Shown piece after piece: positions 1 to 12,214 of a DNA stretch of 64,000 bases. Origin of the DNA: Narcine bancroftii. Taxonomy: Eukaryota. The position numbers were made by a program, and so were the translations under genes. Each line of letters opens with the position of its first letter. Position 1 is the first letter of the stretch. The stretch covers positions 61,940,001 through 62,004,000 of the forward strand of contig NC_091480.1 of assembly GCF_036971445.1 (NCBI RefSeq), in the 5' to 3' direction. The notes under the pieces are model-generated. The model was not told the DNA's origin. It did not search any database and saw nothing but the letters and a program-made list of their open reading frames with translations.

Positions 1-249
1 GCTGGGTGACCAGAACTGCACACAGTGCAAGTGTATATCGACAGAAGTCCCTGTATGGCCCACTGTAACCATATCCCTGGGTCAGCCACACTGGGAGTAC
101 CTTGCACAGCTCTAGTCTCCGTATCTCTGGGTCAGGGGGGGGGAAAACAGGAAGGGGGCAGGAAGGAGGGGACGAGAGACTGAAAAGAGGTCGGAGGACG
201 AGGGGGTGGCAGGGGAAAGGGGGGGTGGCAGGGGAAAGATCTGCATTTG

Positions 250-1755
250 GGGGAGGGGGAGGATCCGCGGTGGGGAGAGGGGGAGAAACGGAGAGGATCC
301 GCAGTGGTGGGGGGGAGGGAGAGGATCCGCGGTGATGGGGGGGAGGGAGAGGATCCGCGGTGATGGGGGGGGGAGGGAGAGGATCCGCGGTGATGGGGGG
401 GAGGGAGAGGATCCGCGGTGATGGGGGGGGAGGGAGAGGATCCGCGGTGATGGGGGGGGAGGGAGAGGATCCGCGGTGATGGGGGGGAGAGGATCCGCGG
501 TGATGGGGGGGAAGGGAGGGAGAGGATCCGTGGTTGTGGTGATGGTGGTGGGGGGGAGAGAGGGAGGGGATCTGCGGTGGTGGAGGGGGAGGGAGGGAGA
601 GGATCTGCGGTGGTGGGGGGGGGGAGGGAGAGGATCCGCGGTGATGGGGGGGAGAGAGGGTGGGAACGGATTCGCGGTGATGGGGGGGAGGGAGAGGATC
701 TGTGGTGGTGGGGGGGAAGGGAGGGAGAGGATCCGTGGTGGGGGGAGAGAGGGAGGGGATCCGCGGTGGTGGGGGGGAGAGAGGGAGGGGATCCGCAGTG
801 GTATGGGGAGAGGGAGGGTGGGAGAGGATTCGCGGTGGTGGGTAGGGAGGGAACGGATCCTCGGTGGTGGTGGGAGAGGATCTGCGGTGGTGGGGAGGGG
901 ATCCGCGGTGGTGGGGGGGAGGGAGAGGATCTGCGGTGATGGGGGGGGAGGGAGAGGATCCGCGGTGATGGGGGGGAGGGAGAGGATCCGCGGTGATGGG
1001 GGGGGAGGGAGAGGATCCGCGGTGATGGGGGGGAGGGAGAGGATCCGCGGTGATGGGGGGGGAGGGAGAGGATCCGCGGTGATGGGGGGGGAGGGAGAGG
1101 ATCCGCGGTGATGGGGGGGAGGGAGCGGATTCGCGGTGATGGGGGGGGAGGGAGCGGATTCGCGGTGGTGGGGGGGAAGGGAGGGAGAGGATCTGTGGTG
1201 GTGGGGGGAGAGAGGGAGGGGATTCGCGGTGATGGGGGGGGGAGGGAGAGGATCCGCGGTGATGGGGGGGGAGGGAGAGGATCCGCAGTGATGGGGGGGA
1301 GGGAGCGGATTCGCGGTGATGGGGGGGAGGGAGCGGATTCGCGGTGGTGGGGGGGAAGGGAGGGCGAGGATCTGTGGTGGTGGGGGGAGAGAGGGAGGGG
1401 ATTCGCGGTGGTGGGGGGGAGGGAGCGGATTCGCGGTGATGGGGGGGGAGGGAGAGGATCCGCGGTGATGGGGGGGGGAGGGAGAGGATCCGCGGTGATG
1501 GGGGGGAGGGAGCGGATTCGCGGTGATGGGGGGGAGGGAGCGGATTCGCGGTGGTGGGGGGGAAGGGAGGGAGAGGATCTGTGGTGGTGGGGGGAGAGAG
1601 GGAGGGGATTCGCGGTGGTGGGGAGTGGGGGGAGGGAGGTTAGACATAGAAACATAGAAGATAGGAGCAGAGGGTGGGAGAGGATCCGCGGTGATGGGGG
1701 GGGAGAGAGGGATGGGATCCGCGGTGGTGGTGGGGAGGGAGGGAGACGATCCGCG
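250..1755. repeat. G-rich minisatellite, ~29-30 bp unit GGGAGAGGATCCGCGGTGATGGGGGG(G)A
   Basis: Dozens of imperfect tandem copies with variable G-runs; explains the Pro/Gly-rich pseudo-ORFs. Confidence 0.95.
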
Positions 1756-2110
1756 GGGCCACCCGTCGGCCGAGGCCCAGTGGGTACGGAACGCCCGGGT
1801 GCGGAGCCCGGGGATGGGTGCGGGGTCCGGGTTCGTGGGCCCATCGCCTAAGGGGCCTGCGTGCGTGCGTACCTACCGCCGCCGCCTTACCCTCTCTCTA
1901 CCGATTGCGCCACCCGCCCGACCTCCGGAGTTCAAGTACTGACGTCACTGAGTGGGCGCGTCACGACCGGAAGCGACGGGGATACGGGCACCGCGAGTTT
2001 GCTCGTGGGCGTTGTGTGGGCCGTTCAGCCCCTCCGGCAGTTCTGGGTTTGCACCTGCAGTCTCCCCCTTTTCCTCATTGCAGTGTTTATCGCGAGACGG
2101 GAATAAAATA
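1750..2110. promoter_or_regulatory. CpG-island promoter, probably bidirectional, with a likely non-coding first exon on the - strand
   Basis: CpG-dense; CRE TGACGTCA 1940-1947, half-CRE 1959-1963, ETS CCGGAAG 1967-1973, TATCGCGAGA 2088-2097; - strand donor-like GTAAGG/GTAGGT/GTACGC at 1867-1890. Confidence 0.65.
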
Positions 2111-2830
2111 CCCACCCCACAATGACCCACAGAACCCAGGACACCACTCACACTCTCCACACATGGTAGAGGTAAATTTCAAGGCAGAATGGAAGTTGGC
2201 TTGGATACAGGAGGTAGCAACAATGCAGTGTGAGAGAGAATAGAATATAGGAAGTAAAGCTAGTATGAATGAAATAAGGAATACTAGACTAGATTAGAGG
2301 AAGTTAAGTAAGTGCTGAGTAGGGATGAATTCCGATAAGTGTGAGGAAGGGTTACGCAAGTATAGAATAAGGGTCTTATAGTGATAGAAAGAATTAGCAA
2401 GTTCTGCATATGGAATCCGATAAAAGGGAGTTCGGTATATTGGCCAAAGTTCGGAACTGACGAGGACTGGATGTGTCAGGCATTGAACATCTGGCGATAC
2501 CAAAATCAAGGAGGTAATACCGAGAGCAGAGAATATGCAGCCTGTTGGCCCAGTGGATCGTTTGATCAAATGATTTTGAGCGAAAAGGAATGTAAGAACA
2601 AGAAGGATGAGGAGCCTTCTGCCCCTGAAATACAAGGATGGGATGTGTTACATTCCCTTACTCCACCTTATGCTCCCCCTGTGCCGGCTCCTATCTTCCC
2701 CCTCTCACCTCCGCTTTACCCTTCTTTACCTTCCCCTCCTCCTCCACAGTTAGAGAAAGAAAAAGAAAGTAGGGGTATTATGATGACCCGCTCACAGAGT
2801 ACAAGATTACCGCCTCAATTGACACGAGAG

Positions 2831-5245
2831 GGAGGAGTCACGTGATGGAGTAGTGGCCGGACGGTGAACTCCAGCCCTCTCCAGAAAAGTCGGGAAAAAC
2901 AAGAGAAAACACAAAGGCACAGAAATAAAAGTTACAGAAAAGTGAGTATAAAGGTGGAAAGAAGATGGCGACAAAAAAAGAAAAGTCGAAAGCAACGGTA
3001 AGAAGAGAGGAAGAGAAGACAAAGGAGGAAAAAGGTGAAGGCCTTACCTGTCCGAAGAGGCCCGCTGCGGAGAGAGAAACCCGCTCCCTCAGGTCGGTAA
3101 ATAATGGACTACAAAAATGGCTTGCTGAGCCGAGCAAAAGTGCGCAACCGCGCATGCGCGATGCGAATGAAAAAAAACACACCGACGGGAGGGGGGACCA
3201 GCTGGGGAGTCGATCTCCACAGCCGGCAACGACAGCTGCAGAACACCTGCAGCAAGAAGAGACCACAGAAGACAATAGAAACAAGAAAGAAGAGGAGGAA
3301 AGGGCAACAAAGAAACAACAGATGGTCAACCCAGAGGAAGAAGAAGAGGAAGAGGAAGAGTATGGTGAAATAGAAGAAGAAAAGATAGGCAAGGTAAAGG
3401 ATATACTTGCTCTTATTAAAGGATACATGGAGTCATTTAAAGAATGGCAAACACAGGAATTTAAGGATTTAAGAAAAAGAATAAACAACACAGAAGAGAA
3501 AATAATTAAAATGGAGATGACCTTAACAGAAATGGGAAAGAAAATGGACAAGATGGAAGAGCGGGCAGTAGCAGCAGAAATGGAGGTAGAAGACTTAAAA
3601 AAGAAATTGGAGAAATCTAATAAAAAAACTAAAGAGACACAAGAACTACTAGCTCAAAAAATAGATACAATGGAAAACCATAACAGAAGAAATAACATAA
3701 AGATAGTGGGCCTTAAGGAAGATGAAGAAGGCAAGAATATGAGGGAGTTTATAAAAGAGTGGATCCCTAAGACCCTAGGATGTCCAGAACTACAGCAAGA
3801 ATTGGAAATAGAAAGGGCACATAGAGTATTGGCCTCTAAACCACAACCACAACAAAAACCAAAATCTATTGTAGTAAAATTCCTAAGATATACTACAAGA
3901 GAAAAGGTACTGGAGAAGACAATGGAAAAAGTAAGAGAGGGCAACAAACCACTGGAGTATAAAGGGCAAAAAATCTTCATTTATCCAGATATAAGTTTTG
4001 AACTCCTAAAGAAGAGAAAAGAGTTCAATACAGCAAAGGCGATTTTATGGAAGAAAGGGTATAAATTTATACTAAAGCATCCAGCGGTATTGAAAATATT
4101 TATTCCAGGACAACAAAACAGACTATTCTCGGATCCAGAAGAAGCACGAAAATTTGCAGAACAATTACAAAAATAGACTGAGGGAGGAAGACGGGTAATG
4201 AGAGTTAAAATGATCACGACTGATATGTATGTGGGTAAAGACAAAAATAGACTGAGGGATGAAGACGGGTAATGAGAGTAAAAATGATCACGATTGATAT
4301 GTATGCAGGTAAAGAGGTATAAGAGTGAATAGAGACAATGAGCATACATGAATGTATCTGTACTTAGAGGAAAATATAGATAGTATAGACAAGAATTAAT
4401 AAGGGAAGGTAATGGAATAGAGAGAATAAGGAGGGAATTAAAAGAGGGACCTTTGTGACATATGAAAAGTGAAATCTTTTCTGGGGGAGGCGGGGTGGGG
4501 GGAAATAGCGGTCACTGCAAAATCAGTTGACGCTTGCGAGTGGATTCGCAAATCCAAATGGAGAGGGGAGATGTGGTTGTCCGACAAGGGATAAAGGACA
4601 ACTCAGGAGGTGAAGGGGAGATTGGGGATAAATAAGATAGAAATAGGAGAATAAGGAAAATGTTAGATGTTGTAGGAATGTTGTCTTATAAAGAGTTGAA
4701 AATAAGAAAACAGAAATGGAAAAGGAGGAAAGGTAATGATGGAAAAACGGAAAGAGAAGATAAACAAAATATAAAAGGGCTACGCTGAACTATATGTCTT
4801 TAAATATTAATGGAATACATAACCAAATTAAAAGGAAGAAACTACCAAATTTAAATGAATAAATGTATTCCATTAGAAAAAATAACATATTGGTTAAGAA
4901 ATAATATTGAAATATTCGAACAAGTATAGGAGCCTTACATTAAATACAATAGCGAAAACCTACCGGGGACAAACATTACCTAAGTTGATGGAAGGAGAAG
5001 GAAAGAAAAGAATGGACTCAGTAGAATTTCTGGTGTAATTTTGTTGAATGACAACATTGTCTGACTGGCTTAATGCAACCTAGATTGTATACCTAAAATG
5101 GATGAGGGGGGGGGTGGGGGGGTGGTTTGGGAGGAAAGGGGGGGGAGAAAAAGTCACTGTATATGTGTGAAAAAGAAATAGTGTATATCATGGCTAATGT
5201 GATTTATGGTGTGAAAAATAAAAAAATTTAAAAAAAAAAAAAAAA
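2831..5245 (+). mobile_element. ORF1-only non-autonomous L1 (HAL1-like), copy A
   Basis: 5' GGAGGAGTCACGTGATGG, intact ORF1, ORF2 N- and C-terminal stubs fused at ~4854, 3' UTR, poly(A), TSD AATTGACACGAGAG (2817-2830 / 5246-5259). Confidence 0.93.
2965..4176 (+). CDS. L1 ORF1p-like RNA-binding protein (coiled coil, RRM, CTD), 403 aa
   Basis: RRNNIKIVGL, EIERAHR, IVVKFL, IFIYPD motifs; uninterrupted ORF. Confidence 0.9.
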   Translation: MATKKEKSKATVRREEEKTKEEKGEGLTCPKRPAAERETRSLRSVNNGLQKWLAEPSKSAQPRMRDANEKKHTDGRGDQLGSRSPQPATTAAEHLQQEETTEDNRNKKEEEERATKKQQMVNPEEEEEEEEEYGEIEEEKIGKVKDILALIKGYMESFKEWQTQEFKDLRKRINNTEEKIIKMEMTLTEMGKKMDKMEERAVAAEMEVEDLKKKLEKSNKKTKETQELLAQKIDTMENHNRRNNIKIVGLKEDEEGKNMREFIKEWIPKTLGCPELQQELEIERAHRVLASKPQPQQKPKSIVVKFLRYTTREKVLEKTMEKVREGNKPLEYKGQKIFIYPDISFELLKKRKEFNTAKAILWKKGYKFILKHPAVLKIFIPGQQNRLFSDPEEARKFAEQLQK

Positions 5246-7324
5246 AATTGACACGAGAGGGAGGAGACTTTGATTATGAGGGTCATTCAGAACAGTGTGA
5301 GAACCTTCGGGAGAGAAGGGCAAAACCCTTTGATTTGTCTCCCAGAGGGCAGGAACCTAAACATCATAGAGGAGGGGATAAACCAGAAATTAACTGGATG
5401 AGACCTTTACGAGAGGTTCCCTTGGCAGGGGATGTGGGGGGGTCTCGGGTTCGTAAATGTGCCTCTGACTAGTACGGAGGTGCGCAATTTTAAGAAGGAA
5501 ATTACATCTCTGATAGAACACCCTCAGGGATGTGCAAAACAATTAGATCAATTTTTGGGACCTAATATATATACCTGGGATGAATTAAAGTCTATCTTTA
5601 AGACTATTTACTTTGGTTGAGCATAGAATGATTCGCCAGGCAGGGATAGAGAACACCAAGGGGGACCAGAGGCGAAACCTGGAGAAGCTAAATTTCCCTT
5701 GGGAAACCCAAGTTGGGATAAGACTACTAATGATGGTCGCACACGAATGGATGAGTACAGGGTTAATCCAGTAAAAGGAATGAAGGAGTCTGTTCCAAAA
5801 GGACAGAACTTTAAGAAGGCATTTGAGGTTCCCCAAAGTCCCGAGGAAATCCCCTCTGCATTTCTGAATAGATTGCGTGTGGCCATACAGCAATATGGGG
5901 GTTTGGATATAGAATCCCCAGCAGGTGAACAGTTGGTATTGACAGGCTTTGTTACTAATTCAGCCCCAGATATCAGGAAGAAATTACAAAAGACAGAGAA
6001 TTGGCATGAACAGGGAATAACATAGCTTTTACAGATCGCACAAAGGGCATACGTCCAGAGGTCTGAAGATCAGCAGAAAGGAAAGGCTAAGATTTGGATG
6101 CAGGCAGTCAAGGAAGTTGTGGAGGGACAGCAGGGAAATGTTAGGAGCTGTGTGCCAGCTCCTGGACGTTGGGAGGAGCGCCAGGAGTGGGGAAGTAGAG
6201 ACCAGAGCAGAGGCAGGGGTAGAGGAGAATTCCGGGGACGACGACCATTCCCGGGACCCCATAGAGACCCTGGTAGAAATTGGGAAACAGGAGCATTAGT
6301 TTGCTACCATTGTAAAAAGGAGGAACACTTTAAGAGGGAATGCCCAATACGAGCCAGGGAGACGCGATCTCCCTGAGATGGAGGCAGATTATGAATAGGG
6401 GGGTCACGGTTCTCAGTCAATACACACCGTGGGACTGCACGGAGAACCATTGGTAAATTTAAGCATAGGACCCCACAGTGACGAGATGACTTTTCTAGTA
6501 GATTCTGGGGCAGCTCGGTCTAGTATTTTACAACAGCCCGAGGGTGTTAAAACAGAAGGGACAGTGATGATTTCGGGAGTGGGAGGAAGAGAGTTTATGG
6601 TCCCTATACTATAGAATGTAAGGATACAAATGGGAGAAAAGATAATAACAGAGGATATTTTACTAGTTCCCCAAGCTGGAGTTTGCTTGTTGGGACGGGA
6701 TTTACAGGACCAATTGGCTATCGGTACCAGACCACAGGGATCAGGTATCGGGGTTCAATTTTATGTTCTAACAGAGGAGGATTGGGAACTAATAAATCCT
6801 AGAGTATGGGCAAAAAGAGGCAATAGAGGAGGGTTAGATGTTCCTCCCCTGCAAGTTACTTTAAAAGACCCTGACCAAGTAATTAGACGAAAACAGTATC
6901 CAATTCCTATGGCTGGCCGAAAGGGGCTGCAGCCAGTAATTGACCAATTGGTGAAAGATGGTATACTCGAACCTTGTATGTCACCTTTTAATACCCCAAT
7001 TTTACCTGTCCAAAAACCAGACGGTACCTATCGATGAGTGCAGGATTTGAGGGAGTTAAACAAAATTATTCTCACCCGTTATCCGGTTGTACCCAACCCC
7101 CATACGATAATGGGTAAAATTGATCCCCATAGTAAGTGGTTTAGTGTAATTGACCTCAAAGATGCCTTCTGGACCTGTCCGTTGGCAATAGACAGTAGGG
7201 ACATGTTTGCATTTGAGTGGGAGAATCCTTTTACAGGACGGAAAAATCAATACCGGTGGACGGTCCTTCCCCAGGGTTTTACAGAATCACCAAATTTGTT
7301 TGGCCAAGTTTTAGAACAGGTACT

Positions 7325-8774
7325 GTAGATATAATAGAAAAAATTTCCTTCCAATAATTCTGTAAAGAGGGACAGGACCAAAACATATGTGTAAGGGAAG
7401 CTATTTCCAATTGACATTTATCACATATAGGATCGATATGAGAATAAAAGCGATGGAGTTTATCTTTAGACATATGAACAACTTTAAACTGTATTAGTGA
7501 ATGTTTTGCACATAGAGAAGAAGAGTTTACCAGTCGCAGAATTTTATTCCAATTTTCATTGGAAATATGAAGGTTGAGTTCTCTTTCCCAATCATTTTTA
7601 AACTTTTCAAAAGTCCCAGAATTTATTTTTGTAATTATATTATATAAATTTAGATATCACACCTTTTGGAGGGAATTTTGAATATAGTATATCCTTTAAA
7701 ACAGTTGTAGTCTCCCGATTGGGAAAAGAGGGTAAAGTCGAAACTAAGAAACTCCTAATCTGCAAATATCGAAAGAAATGAGATCGAGGTAAATCATATT
7801 TCATGGATAATTGTTCAAATGACATGAAAGAGTTATCCAAGAATAAATCCGAAAAGCATGTTATACCTTTAACTTTCCAGAGTAAATAAGCTTGATCAAT
7901 TAAAGAGGGATGAAAAAGGAAATTTAGTACAATAGGAGTTTCCAAGATAAAATGACTTATGTCAAAAAATCTCCGGATTTGAAACCATATACGTAGTGTA
8001 TGTTTAGCCATTGGATTATCAATTTGTTTATATAATTTAGTAAGAGTAAAAGGGAGAGCAGCTCCCAAAATAGAGCTAATTGAAAAATTTTGTATCGGTT
8101 TAATATTGATTTACAACCACATCCCATTACTGCAATTTTTGGATTACCTATGATAGATTTGACTTATTTATCTCTTCCTGCGGATCGTATGATTGCTTTT
8201 CTTACACTAATGGCTAGAAGATCTATACTATTGAATTGGAAAGAGGTTAATCCTCCCACTGTTTTTCAATGGTTTACCCAAACTATACTATATTTAAATT
8301 TAGAGAAAATTAGAAACTCTGTCTATGAATCCCCTTCTAAGTTTGAGTTAACCTGGCGACCATTTATTCAATATTTTCATTTGTGGTGAGTTGATCTGGC
8401 TCTGTTTTCTTTCTATGATTATGTATGATAATTGGGCTGTAAGATGAGATCGGAGTGATCGGCGTGGTTTAGCTATATCTGTAGGTTTTTTTTTAAGTTT
8501 TTTTTTGTTTTTTTAATTCAGATTTGTTTTTTCTTCTTTTTTGGGGTTTTTTTTTCTCTTTTTTCATATATTGTTATTAATTATATCTTTTTTTTAGAGA
8601 TAGTTCACACCCTAAACTGATCTAAAATTTTTTTTATGATATATTTTTATTCTGTAATATTATTGTTTAATATCTCTGTATTAATTCATTACTTACTATG
8701 TATTTTTTTATATCTCTTTGAACTGTATGTGTTTATAAATTATAATAATAATAAAAAGATTGAAAAAGAAAGAA
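7325..8774 (+). mobile_element. 5'-truncated L1 of a second family with 5' inversion
   Basis: ORF2 C-terminal part on - strand 7325-~8088, on + strand from ~8090; A/GAAA tail; TSD AGAACAGGTACT (7313-7324 / 8775-8786); inserted in ERV RT. Confidence 0.9.
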
Positions 8775-9549
8775 AGAACAGGTACTAGATGAGGCCCCTC
8801 GGAGAGAGAATTGTCAATTAATACAATATGTTGATCATTTATTAATCACGGGAAAAACGTATGATGTGGTTAAACAATACACTCTTGAATTTCTGAATTT
8901 TCTAGGGAATAAGGGTCTTAGAGTGAGCAAGTCAAAGTTACAATTTGTTCAATCTGAAGTTAAATACTTAGGTCATCTGGTTAGTCAAGGAATTAGGAAG
9001 ATAAGTCCAGAGAGAACACGCGGTATTCTGCAGATCCCACCTCCAAAGAGTGCTCGAGAACTTAGGAAATTCCTTGGTTTAGTGGGATACTGTAGAATTT
9101 GGATTGAGAATTATTCTAGCCTGGTCAAATTTCTTTATGATAAACTTGCGACTCAAGGGGGCAAAACTGTTGTCTGGACGGAGGAGGAGATTAAAGATTT
9201 TACCTTGGTGAAACAGCGTCTTATTAGTGCCCCAGTTTTGGCTTTACCCGACCTAAATAAGCCATTTGACCTAAATACCAATGCGAAAGACGGTGTGGCC
9301 ATGGGAGTATTAACGCAAGAGAGGGCAGGCTTTAGACAACCAGTTGCCTTTCTGTCAAAAATTTTAGATCCTGTTTGTCGTGGTTGGCCAGAATGTGTGC
9401 AAGCAATTGCGGCCACTGCTATTTTAGTCGAGGAAGGACAAAAGATTACGTTTGGTGCCCCGATGATAGCTCATACCCCTCACACAGTCCGCACCATTCT
9501 CTTACAACGTGCCGGAAGGTGGCTTACTGATTCGAGAATTTTAAAGTAT

Positions 9550-12214
9550 CTTTCAATGAATTCTCTAAAATCCTGCCTTTTAAGTAGCATGGAATTTAAT
9601 CTCCATCGATACATTCTTGGAGGGATGTCCTCTAATTCTATTGTCAGTATCAAGGGTGAGTAGTCCGATAATATTCTAGATTTATATTCTGTTTTTCTTA
9701 CTCTGTCTTGCATACGAGCTGATAACAGGAATAGGTCTATTCTTGAGTGTGTTTTATGTCTACCCGAATAATATGAATATTCCTTTTCCTTTGGGTGTTG
9801 TTTCCTCCATATATCCAAAAGTTGCATTTCTTGCATCGATTTAATTATAAATTTGGTTACTTTGTTCTTTCTGTTAATTTTTTTCCCAGTTTTATCCATG
9901 TTTGAATCCAAATTAAGGTTGAAATCCCCTCCTATTAGTATGTTCCCTTGTGTGTCTGCTATCTTCAAAAAAATATCTTGCATAAATTTTTGATCTTCTT
10001 CGTTAGGTGAATATACATTGAGTAAATTCCAAAACTCCGAATATATCTGACATTTTATCATTACATATCTCCCTGCTGGATCTATTATTTCCTCTTCTAT
10101 TTTAATTGGTACATTTTTACTGATTAATATAGCTACTCCTCTAGCTTTTGAATTATACGATGCTGCTGTTACATGTCCTACCCAATCTCCCTTTAATTTC
10201 TTGTGCTCCATTTCAGTTAAGTGTGTTTCTTGCATGAATGCTATATCAATTTTTTCTTTTTTCAGTAAATTTAGCAGTTTCTTCCTTTTTATTTGATTAT
10301 GTATTCCGTTAATATTTAAAGTCATATAGTTCAACATAGCCATTTCATACTTTGCTTATCTTTCCTTTCCGTTTCCTCATCATCACCTTTCCTTCTTATC
10401 CATTTCTGCTTTCTTGTTTTGAACACTTTATAAGACAACATTTCTAAAACATCAAACATTTCCCTTATTCTCCTATCTAAAATTTCTTTAACCCCACTAT
10501 CCCCTCCCCTTCCTGAGTTGCCCTTTATCCCTTGTCGGGCAACCACATCTCCCCTCTCCATTTGGATTTGCGAATTCACTCGCAAGCGTCAACTGATTTC
10601 GCAGTGACCGTAACTCCTCCCCACCCAGCCCCCCCCAGAAAAGATTTCAATTTTCATATATAACAAAGGTCACTCTCTTAATTCCCTCCTTACTTCCTCT
10701 CTTCCCTTTCAATCCCTTATTAATTCTTATCTATACTCTATATATTTTCCTTTAAATACGCATACACTCATGTACACACATATATACATACACACATATG
10801 TATATACCCATATACACACATACATATAGTTCGTGGTCATTTTTACTCTCGTTACATGTCTTCATCTCTCTGCCTGTTTTGTAGTTGTTCTGCAAATTTT
10901 CGTGCTTCCTCCGGATCCGAGAATAGTCTGTTTTGCTGCCCTGGAATAACTATTTTAAGTACCGCTGGGTTCTTTAGCATAAATTTATATCCTTTTTTCC
11001 ATAGGATCGTTTTTGCTGTATTAAACTCCTTTCTCTTCTTCAGGAGTTCAAAACTTATGTCTGGATAGAAAAAAATTTTTTTGACCTTTGTATTCCAGTG
11101 GCTTTTTGTCTTCTCTTATTTTCTTCATTGCTTTCTCCAATATATTTTCTCTTGTTGTATATCTTAAAAATTTTACTAATATGGATCTTGGTTTTTGTTG
11201 TGGCTGTGGTTTCGGGGCTAATGTTCTATGTGCCCTTTCTATTTCCATTTCTTCCTGTAATTTTGGTCTTCCTAGGACCCTGGGGATCCAATCTTTTATA
11301 AATTCTCTCATATTCTTGACTTTTTCATCTTCCTTAAGGCCCACTATCTTTATATTATTTCTTCTATTATAATTTTCCATTATATCTATCTTCTGAGCTA
11401 ACAGCTCTTGTGTCTCTTTAACTTTTTTATTAGATTCTTCTAATTGCTTTTTTAAGTCCTCTACTTCCATTTCTACGGCAGTTTCTCATTCTTCCACCTT
11501 GTCCACTCTTTTTCCTATATCTGACATGACCATCTCTATTCTATTCATTTTTTTCTGCTGCACTTTTAATTCTTCTTTTTATTTCACTAAATTCTTGTAA
11601 TTGCCATTCTTTTACTGATTCCATATATTCTTTAAAAAAAATATATCCATTGTCTTGCCTTTCCCTTCTTCTTCCATTTCTCTATGTTCTTCTTCTTCTT
11701 CTTCCTCTGGGTTGGTCAACTGTTGTTTCCTTGTTTTCTTTTTACTCTCTTCTTTCTTGTTCTCGTTGTTTTCTATGTTCTCTTCCTGTTGTTGTGTTGC
11801 AGCTGTCATCCTCAGCTGTGGAGATCGACTCCTCAGCTGGTCCCCCCTCCCGTCAGTGTTGTTTTTTTTCATGCGCGACTCCTCGCGCATGCGCGGTTGT
11901 GCACTTTTACTTGGCTCCGCGAGCCATTTTTGTAGTCCCGAGCTTGGGACTTCCACTGACCTTAGGGAGCGGGCTTCTCCCTCCGCAGCGGGCCTCCTCG
12001 AACAGGTAAGGCCTTCACCTTCTTCCTCCGACGTTCTTTCTTCTTCCTGTTGCTTTCGACTTTTCTTTCTTCGCTGCCATTTTCTTCCCACCTTTACTTT
12101 CACTTTGTTTTAATTTTTATTCTTGTACCTTTGTGTTTTGTGTATTTTTTTAAACTTTTCCGGAGAGGGCTGGAGTTCCCTGACCGGTCACTACTCCATC
12201 ACGTGACTCCTCCT
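9550..12214 (-). mobile_element. L1 5' part (frameshifted ORF1 and APE endonuclease), 3'-truncated
   Basis: Same 5' end as the other L1s; EN motifs QETH, GGDFN, SRID; no poly(A); TSD AGAATTTTAAAGTAT (9535-9549 / 12215-12229). Confidence 0.9.

Noticed and set aside
250..1755. CRISPR-like array
   Set aside because: No unique spacers; eukaryotic tandem repeat.
102..1851. Long Pro-rich and Gly/Arg-rich ORFs (up to 570 aa)
   Set aside because: Translations of a stop-poor minisatellite, open in several frames.
2838..3551. 237-aa antisense ORF in L1 (also 18248-18961)
   Set aside because: Shadow of the purine-rich ORF1, non-ATG start, Ser/Phe low complexity.
4845..4862. Splicing as the origin of the ORF2 deletion
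   Set aside because: By comparison with ORF2-bearing copies the removed segment does not begin with GT (or read CT...AC).
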